From assembly GCF_006345805.1 (NCBI RefSeq), contig NC_043002.1, forward strand, positions 9,672,001 to 9,736,000: DNA of 64,000 nt, given 5' to 3'. Origin of the DNA: Octopus sinensis (taxonomy: Eukaryota). Below are positions 50,468 to 61,758 of the stretch, in pieces; position 1 is the first letter of the stretch; every line of letters starts with the position of its first letter. The translations under genes were made by a program, and so were the position numbers. The notes below the pieces were generated by a model. That model was given only the letters and a program-made list of their open reading frames with translations, was not told the origin of the DNA and made no database searches.

Positions 50468-50509
50468 GCTGCATTGAAAAGGGGCAATACCCCGAAACGC
50501 GTCTGTAGC
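50468..50509 (+). ncRNA. Minimal type I hammerhead ribozyme, U3-A8 variant (intact-looking copy)
   Basis: GCTGCA-TTGAAAA-GGGG CAATA CCCC-GAAA-CGC-GTC^-TGTAGC: helix I, helix II, palindromic helix III (ACGCGT), GUC triplet. Confidence 0.75.
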
Positions 50510-51076
50510 TGCCGGCCAAGTAGTGTGGAGCGACTGACCTCCCTTGTTCAAAGGTTATATGGATACAGTTTGTGTATCAAATAGCTAACTTAAGGCGATG
50601 GCCTCATGGAGCTAATAAGCGGTCAGCTTTTTTCTTATTTTTATAAGAATGCCATATTAGTATGGCGATAACTAATATTTTCCGGGAACGCTGCCGTTGT
50701 TCTCTTTTAGAGAGACTTAGTAATTTTAATATTTCTATTATTGAAAACAAGTGGATGTATTCCACCGAAGCTAGGTAAATAAAACCTTTGAACAGAGATT
50801 GTCGGAAGCGACACCTACTGATTTTTCCTTGGATTACGTCGGATTATTTTACGCTGTAAGCTGTTATGTTAGTTCGTTCTGTTCTGGATTTACACGTACA
50901 ATTTTTGGAGTATTAACTTGTGAAACAAAGTAATTTTCGCCCTTCGGGGTAGAAAATTTCTTTTTATATATGAACTTTAATTCAGTGTGGATTTGATTTT
51001 TATCTTGTCTCTTGTGACAAGTCACTTGCATTTTATTATGGATCTTGACTTAACGTCAAATTCTGATTTTCCCGAG

Positions 51077-52511
51077 ATGGGAGAAGTTATAAAGCAAAAG
51101 GATACAAAGGAGAAACAATTTTTCGGAAGCCGTTGGAGGCAATGTTATAGAACTGGAAGTAACAATGGAGGATCTCTTCAAGTTCAGAAAGTTCATACAA
51201 AGGAATGGAGAAGAAACGAGAATAATACCGCCCCCTGACACCTTACAAGCAATCCGTGAGAAGACGGTAATTTATAAGGTATATAATATTAAGGAAAAAA
51301 GATTGCAGATGTAAGAAATGAATTGGTAGAACGGTGCATGGCACCAATTTGGAACAAGGTTCGCTATGTTGGCCGAGGAGTGAGAAGCGCTACTATTGAA
51401 GCGCATTTCGAGTCGGCTAGCATAGCGAAGGAAATTTCAACTCAAACGTTGAAGAGTGCAGACATCCTGTTGCTGCCCACGTACTTAGGGCGCAGAACAG
51501 CTAAGATAACAATAGAGGATATACCAACAGGTTACGATGTAATGTGGGCAGCAACAGCGGTCGTATTCGACGTAGAAGAGAAATTAAACATTTTAAACAT
51601 GAGGATGAAAGAGGCAAAATTTTGGAAAGGTCAGCAGCTTGAAATGATCGTTCAAGCTGACAATGCAACGCTGGAGAGTTTGCCAGACAGGGTCTTCGTG
51701 GGGGATGGACACACTGCGCGGGTATCGGTGGAGGGACGTAGGCCCAGATGTTTCAAATGTGGGCAGAAGGGTCACGTCCGCTCAGAGTGCAAAAAGAAAA
51801 AACCCGTTAATGCCCCCATTCAAACCGCTGTGGAGAACAAAGCAGACATCACAGCAACAACAAAAGAGAATACCCGGAAAAAGCAAAATGAAAGTCAAAA
51901 GGAGGAAAAGAAAATGAATGGAAAACAAGCGAAAACGAAAACGAGGTGGAAAATATTTTATCAAATGGAAAAGAACTGGAAGTAATGGAATATACGACTG
52001 TAACCAACAAAAGGAAGAAATCCAATACCCCGGACTCCCCACCCAAACAAAAAGAAAAACAAACGCAGAAGAACACACAAAAAAATTATCCAATCCCACC
52101 CCGCTGGCACTACTTTTGTAGGCCAGCATTTCATTAAACCCCAGCCCCCAACTTTAAAAGGATTCAAAAAAACCGATAGGTGCATTGCTTATAACACAAA
52201 AAACGAGAGAGTAGTTTGGTACATAAAGGCGAAACCAACATAAAATGTTTCAGATCATCGGAAAAAACCCGGATTGGAGGTATGCGAAGGTCGGAGAGGA
52301 GGAATGGAAGGAGAGACTCTTCCAACTACACGTGAGGGACAACCTGATTAAAGATGTCACACAAGAGGTGATAGCTGGAAAATTGAATATTAGCCCGGCA
52401 GCCACTCCATCCCAGAGCCCGGTGGCAACGCCGGTTAAATGCCCAGCAACAACGGAGAGTGTGGGGGAGGCAGGCAGACAAAAGCTGCCATGCTCCCTCT
52501 CACAACCGTAA
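51077..52511 (+). pseudogene. Tx1 ORF1 (gag-like, zinc knuckle), frameshifted
   Basis: CFKCGQKGHVRSEC in ORF 51323-51985; ORF pieces in adjacent frames. Confidence 0.75.
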
Positions 52512-52535
52512 GTAACAAACTTTCTTCATTCATCG

Positions 52536-55500
52536 ATGATTAAGTTGGGCTGTATAAATGTGCGTGGAATGGGGTCGAAATGGAAACAGGCTTGCTTGCT
52601 GGACGACCTCAGGACACACAGAATAGATGTAGCCATTGTCACCGAGTCCAAGATGAGAGGAACCCAAGCGTTCTCGCATCTTCTCAATGGTTACGAGAAA
52701 TTTATTTCTCCTAGCCGAGGAGGAAGTGCAGGCGTGGCAGTCCTTATCAGGAAGAACTTGGACTTACAGGTAAGTACTGTCTTTATGGACCCAGAAGGTA
52801 GGCTGGTTGTCCTCGATGTAACTCACGTAAGTAAGCAGTCCTTCAGGTTGGTAGCTGTTTATGCTCCTAATGAGGGTAGGCAGACTGGTTTTTATCGGAA
52901 CTTGGAGCACTTTCTAGTGACGTCTAAAACGGTAGTATTGGTAGGGGATTTCAACACTATCATCGATGCGCGGATAGATAGTGTGGGCTCGTCTGATAGA
53001 AGGGGGAATCCTTGCCTTAAGGGTCTACTGACGAGCTTTAATCTAGTAGATCGGTTTCGAATGGATGAGCCGAGCATTCCACAGTGGACGTGGAGTAACA
53101 ATGACGGCTCACGCAGATCGTATATAGATAGGGTATTTGTTAAAGAACGAGATAGGAATAGCATTAGCTGTCCACAATTTTGTATTGTGCCTTACACGGA
53201 TCACAAATTAGTGACGTGTGAGGTACATGTAGATAAATGCCATAGACAGGGACCCGGATACTGGAAAATGAACAAGTCTATTTTGGCTTGTGAAGCTTTC
53301 CGTAACCGGATTATGGAATTAGTCCAGAGGGCATTATGTGGAACCATCATTAATAATAGATGGTGGATCGCCCTCAAAAGAGCCATCCGTTTGGAGTCCA
53401 TTAGATTTAGCAACCAGCTAAGTTTAGATAGGACTAGAATAGAGGGCGATTTAGTTAAGAACTTAGACGAGCAATGGGATCTGGCTGTGCATCTAGAGTG
53501 TTAGCAGAGAGAACGATCTTGTACCGTCACCTCAATGCCAAGCATGAAGGATGTAGAGTCAGAGCTAAGCTACGTGCAGTGAAACGAGAAGGTATTAATG
53601 TTGCCGGATGGGCACGTCGTGTGGAGAGTCAGAAGGGCAAAAAGTCCTCTATTAAGTCTTTAACTGACGAACAGGGACGCAAAATCTATGGACAGGAGGA
53701 GATACAGAAGGTCTTTCAACAGCATTTCGCTCGGTTGTTTTTGGGAGGGCGATCCACTCGAGCGAGGGGAGGACTTACAGAACTTCCTAGCTGGTGGGCC
53801 TCGGCTCACGCCAAGCAGAGCGGAACGCTGTGAAGGACCGATTACTCCCGCGGAGGTAAGAGGGGTTTGTGCTGAATGCGCCCGGGAAAAGTCGCCGGGA
53901 CTGGATGGTCTGCCCTATGAGTTTTATTGTTGTATGCCGGACTTGTTCGGGGACATACTGGCAAGCGTCTACGCAAACTGGCAACAGAATGGGAGGATTC
54001 CCAGTTCTGTGAGCCGGGGAGTTGTGACGCTGATCCAGAAAGACCCGAGCAAGGGGGATAATATTAGTAATTATAGGCCCATAACTCTACTTAATGTAGA
54101 GTTAAAGATTTTGGCCAAGGTGTTAGCAGAAAGGTTGAAGGTCGTCATGGAAAAACTTGTCGGAAAGGCACAGACATGTGCAATCCCAGGCAGGTCGATC
54201 GAAGATAATCTTCACCTTCTACGCTACACTATAGACAGGGTTGGGCAATTAGCCGGCAAAGGAGGGGCATTGGTCCATTTAGACCAAAGTAAAGCATTTG
54301 ATAGGGTAGATCATCAGTACCTGGCGACGGTTCTCCGAAGCGGCTGGGCTAGGTCCTGACTTTCGCGGTGGATATCAGCTATGTACAGCGGTATCAAGTC
54401 CACAGTCCAGATAAACGGTTACTTAACGGAACCGTTTTCGATTAAGCGTTCAGTTCGTCAAGGATGTCCCTTGTCCCCTCTCCTGTACGTTTTGGCTCTT
54501 GAGCCATTGCTGCGGAAGTTGGAGACGGTGAGATGCAATCCTAATGAAATCGGATGCGGTAAGTCTGTTTCTGCGTATGCGGATGATGTCACCTTCATCG
54601 TGTCCAACGAAGCACAACTAACTCGTGTAGAAGGTGCTCTCCGAAGATACGAAGCGGTGGCTGGGGCAAAAGTTAACAAGGACAAGTCCACTGGTTTGCG
54701 CCTCGGCACCTGGAGGAACAAGCCGATATCGTCCAGTGTTGTTGGACACTGGACAGATGGTCCTGTTAAATTGCTTGGAGTTTGGTTTGGTTCAGACTCC
54801 CAGACGGAGAAAAATTGGAGCGAGGTAGTGACCAAGGTAGAAGCCATAGTTCGGGAGTGGTCCGGAGGCATCTTTCCTTGAAAGGGAGGGCGGAGGTGGT
54901 ACAGGTGTTATAGCATCTGTAATCACCTATCGCCTGACTGTCGTGCCTTGCCCCGATTTGTGGCTAAGCAAGTTGGATCGACTCCTTTTCCGCTTTTTGT
55001 GGAAGGGAGGAAAGCCACTTGTAAGGCGCTCCGTGTGTTGCCAGGAACCACTAAAGGGTGGGCTGGGGATGCCTTGGTTAATGATGCGCAGGCATGCGCT
55101 GAGACTGAGACATCTCTGGTTTCACCTGGAAGGTGATAAGGTGTGGAGTCCGCTGGCAGATAATTTCTTCCCGCAACCGGACTCTATGGAGAGATTTAAA
55201 CCCGGTTTCATTAAAAGACGGAATCTGACTTTATGGCAGAAAGAGTGCCGACAGGCACTCTGGCTGATCCACAAGATAGGCAAAGCCGGCTGCGGGAATA
55301 CCACCTCGACATTTTATAGAAGGATGGTAGAGGCAAAAAATGACGACGTCCTAAGAGGGTCTCTGGGGTTCGATGAGGATCAACTATCCGACCTGTTTAA
55401 GAAGACTTTCAAGCCGGGGTATTTGGACAATTACCAAAAATCCCTGACTTGGCAGTGCTATAGGAATGCTCTACCTGTTCGCGATAAGTTATATAGGCAT

Positions 55501-55908
55501 GGAATGTCAGTGCCACCGACATGTCCAAGATGTGGGTTGGACGATGAAACCGTCCAGCACGCTTTTGTACATTGTCAGGAGCTGTCAGGCTTAATAAGTT
55601 ACGTAGAACACGTGTTGTCGCATCTGGGACGAGTACAGCTATCGGCTGGTTCTATAATAAAGATGATACCGCCAGCTGGACTCTCAAAGGAAGGTGAGGC
55701 TTGTTTTCACTGTACGGTGGCAGTACTGAAAGAGTGTGTGTGGAGAACTAGATTGGAAGGTTTGGTGTCAGGAACCTTTGTCTCTGGATATGGTATGTTA
55801 AAATACTTCAGATACCATCTAAAGAGCAAGATGGATTTAGAGAAGAGGAACCTGACACAGAAAAAGTATGTGAATCGATGGAAGGATGTGATAAAAAGGT
55901 GGGTGTGA
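52536..55908 (+). pseudogene. Tx1 ORF2 (AP endonuclease, reverse transcriptase, Cys/His domain), frameshifted
   Basis: INVRG, VAVYAP, GDFN, TDH; KSPGLDGLP, YRPITLLN, LDQSKAFDRVDH, QGCPLSP, YADD; CPRC...ETVQHAFVHC. Confidence 0.88.
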
Positions 55909-56199
55909 GTAACCCTGCTTGGTCATCATGAAGGGAGAAAATAGTCTCTGGGCTCTTAGGCTGTCGGGTAAGAATCCTGACTGTGATATACCTAGCTGGC
56001 AAAATCATTTTTAATTTAATAAAAAAAAAAAAAGGAGAAAAGTAAAGTCTAGTATCATAATCAATAATCAACATATGTAAATATCAAACGAACAACGTAA
56101 ACTTTTTGTAATTATGTTTTGTATTGTAATGTACTATCTCTGTAAGATTTTTATAATCATAATAAAGATTTAGGAAGCGACACCTACTGGTTTGGCTAC

Positions 56200-56240
56200 G
56201 CTGCATTGAAAAGGGGCAATACCCCGAACGCGTCTGTAGC
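56200..56240 (+). ncRNA. Type I hammerhead, U3-A8 variant with GAAA to GAA deletion
   Basis: GCTGCATTGAAAAGGGGCAATACCCCGAACGCGTCTGTAGC. Confidence 0.55.
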
Positions 56241-56425
56241 TGCCGGCCAAGTAGTGTGGAGCGACTGACCTCCCTTGTTCAAAGGTTATATGGATACAGT
56301 TTGTGTATCAAATAGCTAACTTAAGGCGATGGCCTCATGGAGCTAATAAGCGGTCAGCTTTTTTTTTATTTTTATAAGAATGCCATATTAGTATGGCGAT
56401 AACTAATATATATATATATATATAT

Positions 56426-56461
<36 letters not shown>

Positions 56462-56519
56462 CATATATATACATATATTCATATATATACATATTATATA
56501 TAATATATATATATACATA

Positions 56520-58716
56520 TATGTCTGTATGCAAGCCATATGCTACAAATGTGTCCCAGAGAGAAAGGCCACTGTACACAAGAACAAAATCCCCAGAGAG
56601 AGGAAAATTTTAATGAGACGGCTTACAAAATTTTCAAATCGCCTAAATAAACAGATTGAAAGCAGTGAAAAGTCCCGCCTAAAAATAAAACTGTTGGAAA
56701 TCGAAAAATGTCTGCAACTCTCCCATGAAAAGGAAAGAGCAGACAAAGAAGCCTGGGCTATAGACAACATAAAATCTAACCCCAGAGCTTTCTACAGGTA
56801 TGCCAAAGAAACAGCTACGGTGCACTGTAGAATAGGGCCACTCCTCGAAAAGGATGGCACACTTACAGGAAAACCAATGAGGGTAAGTGAAATACTGAAT
56901 GAGCAATTCAAGAGTGTTTTCACTCCACCCCTTGGGCATCTCCAAATCACCAATCCACTGACTTTTTTACCACTGCAGATATAAAATCAGAGGCGGTGAC
57001 GATAGATTACATCGATATAAAGGAAGACGATGTAATCAAGGCTATAGATGAAATGAAAACAGACTCAGCTACTGGCCCCGATGGATTCCCGGCAATCCTC
57101 CTAAAAGCATGTAAGAGAGTCCTAGCAAGACCACTGCAGATCCTCTTTCAGAGCTTCCTTGCAGCTGGCAAACTTCCAAGAAAACTGAAGGAAGGTAAAA
57201 TATGCCCCATTCATAAAGGAGGTAGCAGAGCGGAAGCCAAGAACTATAGACCTATCTCTCTGACCTCACACATCAGCAAGGTCATGGAACGAATAGTCAG
57301 AAGGAAGCTGATCACCTTCCTTGAAGAGAATGACTTGCTGCCCGACACCCAACATGGTTTCCGACCAGGGAGAAGCTGTTTAACTCAGCTCCTACAACAC
57401 TATGACTGGGTGCTGAAACGGCTGCTGAACCACTCAAATGTGGAAGTGATATATCTCGACTTTGCAAAGGCCTTTGATAAAGTCGATCATGGAATGATAT
57501 GTCACAAACTGCGTGATCTCAACATAGTTGGAAAACTGGGAGAATGGCTTCATGACTTTCTGAAAGATAGAAGTCAGGTGGTAGTGGCCAATGGGGCCAC
57601 TTCCATTAACACGCAAATAGTGAGCGGTGTTCCGCAGGGCACTGTTCTGGACCACTACTGTTCATAATGGCCCTCTCAGACATGCCCTCAGCCACGCAGA
57701 GAGCCACGATCACAAGTTATGCAGATGATACAAAAGTTTCACAGGCAATACAGAACCCTGAGGACACTAAACACCTGCAATGTGAGCTAGACAAAATATA
57801 CAAGTGGGCCGAAAAGAATAGCATGCAGTTCAATGCTGAAAAGTTTCAAGCTCTATACTATCAGCATGCAAAACTAAATGCAATACCCAATGAATACACT
57901 GGACCCGGAGGAATAGCAATCCCAGAGGCACAATCAGTGCGTGACCTAGGTATTTACATGAGTGATGACGCGACCTTTCGTGTACATGTTGCTAAATTGG
58001 CAATGAAATGTAGACGACTGGCCGGATGGATCCTCAGAACCTTTAGAACAAGAGAACAAGAAACCATGATGGTCCTCTGGAGGACACTTGTCCTAAGCCA
58101 CTTTGACTACTGCTCTCAGTTATGGTCACCATCCAGTGTCAAGTTGATCACAGAGCTCGAGGCGATCCAACGTAGCTACACGAAGAAGATAGCCTCTATG
58201 CAGAATGTAAGCTACTGGGAAAGACTCAAGAGATTAAAACTATATTCCCTGGAGCGTAGGCGGGAAAGATATGCCATAATATACATCTGGAAGATCCTGG
58301 AGGGACGTGTCCTGAACTTTAGCATCGAGAGTTACGCAAATGCCAGAACTGGGCGCCACTGCGTGGTGCCTAGGACTCCAAACTTGTCATCAAGATGTAG
58401 GACAAGATTCTGTGATAGCCTGGGCTTCCGAGGCCCACAGCTCTTCAATATCCTCCCGAAGAACCTGAGAGACCTGCATGGGGTGGATGCAGATGTCTTT
58501 AAAATGAAGCTGGATCTCTTCCTGTCAGGTGTCCCAGATGAACCAACTTCACGGCAGGAGGGGCAGATGAGGGCAGCTGCATCGAACTCTCTCATGCACC
58601 AAATGGCAGTTGCCAGAAAGCTTTCGTGAAGTGAAACCAAGTAGCAACACCAAATGGCGGTGCCCCAGCATGGCCACAGCTCATAAGCTGAAACTAGAAT
58701 CAATCAATCAATCAAT
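56520..58716 (+). mobile_element. CR1-like LINE, 5'-truncated (RT + 3' UTR + (CAAT)n tail)
   Basis: ATGPDG, NYRPISLTS, QHGFRPGRSC, LDFAKAFDKVDH, GVPQG, YADD, SYWERLKRLKLYSLERRR; tail at 58698-58716. Confidence 0.88.
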
Positions 58717-59597
58717 CAAACTATAGAATTTTCTCAATATAGCCAAGAGAAAAAGATGTTTTATAAACACATTCTACCAGTATACGAAGTTTAAAATTTT
58801 TTAGTTACCTAGAAATTATGTTAAAAACTGCCGTTCAAACCGAAAAGATCCTAACTTTCTTTTTGAAGAGCTCAGATTTAGGGAAGGTTTTCAGTGCTTC
58901 ATTTCAGTCCAACCACTTCGAAGAAGGTTTTTTTTTATTATTATACAGAATCCACTTTTCATCGCAAATTACAACACGGTTGAGAAATGGATCGGTCTGG
59001 TTACGGAGAAGCGATGAGCAAATTTCTTATCAGCGCATTTTATGATTTTTCATTCAAATCGTGTGGCACCCATTTGCCGAGCTTTTTTGATTTTTCGATC
59101 GTATTCAAATGGTTGCAGGTAGTTTTCTGGCTAACTTGAAGTTCTTTTGCCAGTTCTCGAGTGGTTTTACGTGGATCTTTCTCAACGACGGACTTTAATT
59201 GACCGTCGTCGATGACAGACGGACGTCTACTACGCTCACGATCTTCAAGGCTCAGGTCTCCACTGCGAAATCGTTTAAACCATTTTCGAGCTGACCATTC
59301 ACTGGTCATTTTCTCACCAAATGTTTCATTGATATCGCAAGTAGTTTCAGTCGCTTTGAAGTTAAATAGTAAAATTGATCGAAAATTGCACTTTAAGATA
59401 ATCGTAGCAATTTCAGATGATTGTAACAACGGTGAAAAAATATCAATGTTAATTTACTGATGCGTTTGGGCAAGTCTATGTATTATCAGACAACTGCAAA
59501 AAAATATTTAAAAAAAAAATTAAAAACTCTGCAAAAATCCGGTACAAATTCTTCATGGTTCAAAACGTTGCTTACATTTTACTCAACCTGATATACA

Positions 59598-59629
<32 letters not shown>

Positions 59630-60758
59630 CGTTCAGCAAAATTTAGATTCAAATGAATATGGTACTTAAGTCAGATGCACCAGAATTTTGCACGGTGTTA
59701 TCCATATGAATCCATGGGGTGATTATAATCAAAGTAAGCAACAAGAATATCTTCGGTAATTTGGTACGATCGTTTCACGCTACATCATTTTATTCAACAT
59801 TGTAAGTATTACAACAGTTTTAAAATGTTGAGCAATCATCAGCCATTTATAGAGGTATTGCATGAATGAGTGCTCAACATTTTAACAAATTACGGAAGAT
59901 ATTTTTGTAGCTTATTTTGATTTTATATATATATATATATATATGAATAGCTTCTTTTTGTAAACGTTGCTAATGAATGCTGTTTCAAAAAGAAAAAAAT
60001 GAAACAAAATGAATTGTGAAAGAATTTGAATTGTATTACAAAACCTTATAAGAATAAATCAATTCCCCATAACTAAAAGTGTGTTTAGAAGTTTCGTCTG
60101 AGACATACTTAGAAGTAAGCATGGAACTGAACTAAAATCATTTTCGATTTAGGTACAAGGCCAGCAATTTTGAGGCAATGGATCAGCACTTCACTTCTGC
60201 TTTATTTTATAGGCAGGTCCAGGTCAATTCCGACGTATTTACCAATTTACAGTTGACTACAATTTTTAAAAAATATATAACATTTTATACAGGTTTAAGG
60301 ACGTAATCATGCAACCTGCAAAAAAAGTTTCTCACTTACTTTTTAAAAAAAGCTCGCCACTCTAGCCATTCAAAATGTGACCTCGTGTGTACCGTTGGCG
60401 ATTTTTTTTCCTTTGCCTTCCCTTCTCTGGATCTTTCCTTCTATGTTTCCGACGAAGAGCTCCGCTTGAAACGTTAAACCCTCCTTCTTTCCTGAGCGTC
60501 CAATAATACTATATTTGTTCCACGTCTTCGCATTGTTTTGTTTTTTTGCGCTTTCTTGTTTGGATTAACTTTAACTATATATATATAGGCGTAGGAGTGG
60601 CTGTGTGGTAAGTAGCTTGCTTACGAACCACATGGTTCCGGGTTCATTCCCACTGTGTAGCACCTTGGGCAAGTGTCTTCTACTATAGCCTCGGGCCTAC
60701 CAAAGCCTTGTGAGTGGATTTGGTAGACGGAAACTGAAAGAAGCCCATCGTATATATG

Positions 60759-60789
<31 letters not shown>

Positions 60790-61103
60790 TATGTGTGTAT
60801 ATGTTTGTTTGTCTGTGTTTGTCCCCCCAACATCGCTTGACAACTGATGCTGGTGTGTTTACGTCCCTGTAACTTAGCGGTTCGGCCAAAGAGATCGATA
60901 GAATAAGTACTAGGCTTACAAAAGAATAAGTCCTGGGGTCGATTTGCTCGATCAACTAAAGGCGGTGCTCCAGCATGGCTACAGTAAAAGTGTAAAAAGA
61001 GTATATATGTATGCGCGCGTGCGTGTCCAGTGTAGATCTGGGAAGACCATAATTCAATTAGACCCGTAATACGGATGAACTCTCCATATACGTACACTGC
61101 AGA

Positions 61104-61275
61104 ATGCGTTACGTGGCCGCTTATCTCCTTGCCAACCTTGGGGGTGTGAAACAGCCCACTGAAGCTGATTTGGAGAAGATTTTAGGCAGCGTTGGTATTG
61201 AGGCCGAAGCCAGTAAAATGAAGAAAGTCATCTCACAGCTAAAGGACAAAGACCCAGCCACCCTCATTAAAGAAG
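61104..61275 (+). CDS. RPLP2: 60S acidic ribosomal protein P2, first coding exon; remaining exons not found in window
   Basis: ctgcag|A ATG; MRYVAAYLLANLGGVKQPTEADLEKILGSVGIEAEASKMKKVISQLKDKDPATLIKEG|gtaatt. Confidence 0.93.
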
Positions 61276-61758
61276 GTAATTTTGGCACTGCCACATTTGT
61301 TTGTTGTTGATATTGGCACGTAAAAAGCACCCACTACACTCACGGAGTGGTTGGCGTTAGGAAAGGCATCCAGCCATAGAAACATTGCGAGATCAAACTG
61401 GGCCTGGTGCAGCCTTCTGGCTTCCCAGACCCCAGTTGAACCGTCCAACCCATGCTAGCATGGAAAGCGGACGCTAAACGATGATGATGATGATGATGAT
61501 CACATATTTCATATTTTGTGTGTTTGTTATTTTTATCATCATCGTCGTCGTCGTCGTCGTCGTCGTCGTCATCATCATCATCACCACCACCACCACCACC
61601 ACCACCATCATCATCATCAACATCATTCATATACACACAAAAGAAGAATTCCTAACATCGGGCTACAAGAAACCTTAGATGCCAAGAACCCTCCTAAGTA
61701 TCCTAGCTATCCCTAATAACACTGTTTTCCAGAGCTGTACTAAACTTTTTCCTCTATC

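Larger units (their letters stand above)
50821..56172 (+). mobile_element. Tx1/L1-clade non-LTR retrotransposon, near full length, 17-bp TSD
   Basis: ORF1 with CCHC knuckle, ORF2 APE + RT; TSD GGAAGCGACACCTACTG at 50804-50820 and 56173-56189; AATAAA near the 3' end. Confidence 0.9.
50012..56406. repeat. ~363-bp hammerhead-bearing repeat array (one inverted unit plus ~1.7 tandem units) in a (TA)n tract, interrupted by the Tx1 LINE; retrozyme or Penelope pseudo-LTR-like
   Basis: Unit starts taggtaaataaaa at 50409 and 50772; inverted copy 50012-50408; continues 56173-56406. Confidence 0.8.
49090..58851. mobile_element. MITE (GGATC...GATCC TIRs, 8-bp TSD TAACTTTC), split by a LINE block
   Basis: TIR GGATCTTTTCGGTTTGAA; TSD 49082-49089 and 58852-58859; halves rejoin at caaac to match the intact copy at 35096-35525. 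Confidence 0.85.
48678..59591 (-). mobile_element. Mariner element split by nested insertions (C-terminus 48678-49089, N-terminus 58852-59591)
   Basis: TIRs TCAGGTTGAGTAAAA / TTTTACTCAACCTGA with TA flanks; WVPHDL and YSPDL motifs; KKVMVTVW rejoins across the insertion. Confidence 0.88.

Noticed and set aside
59600-61102. Search for the RPLP2 non-coding first exon/TOP promoter or an intronic snoRNA
   Set aside because: Only repeats, a hairpin MITE-like segment (~59735-59920) and weak splice-like sites; nothing supportable.
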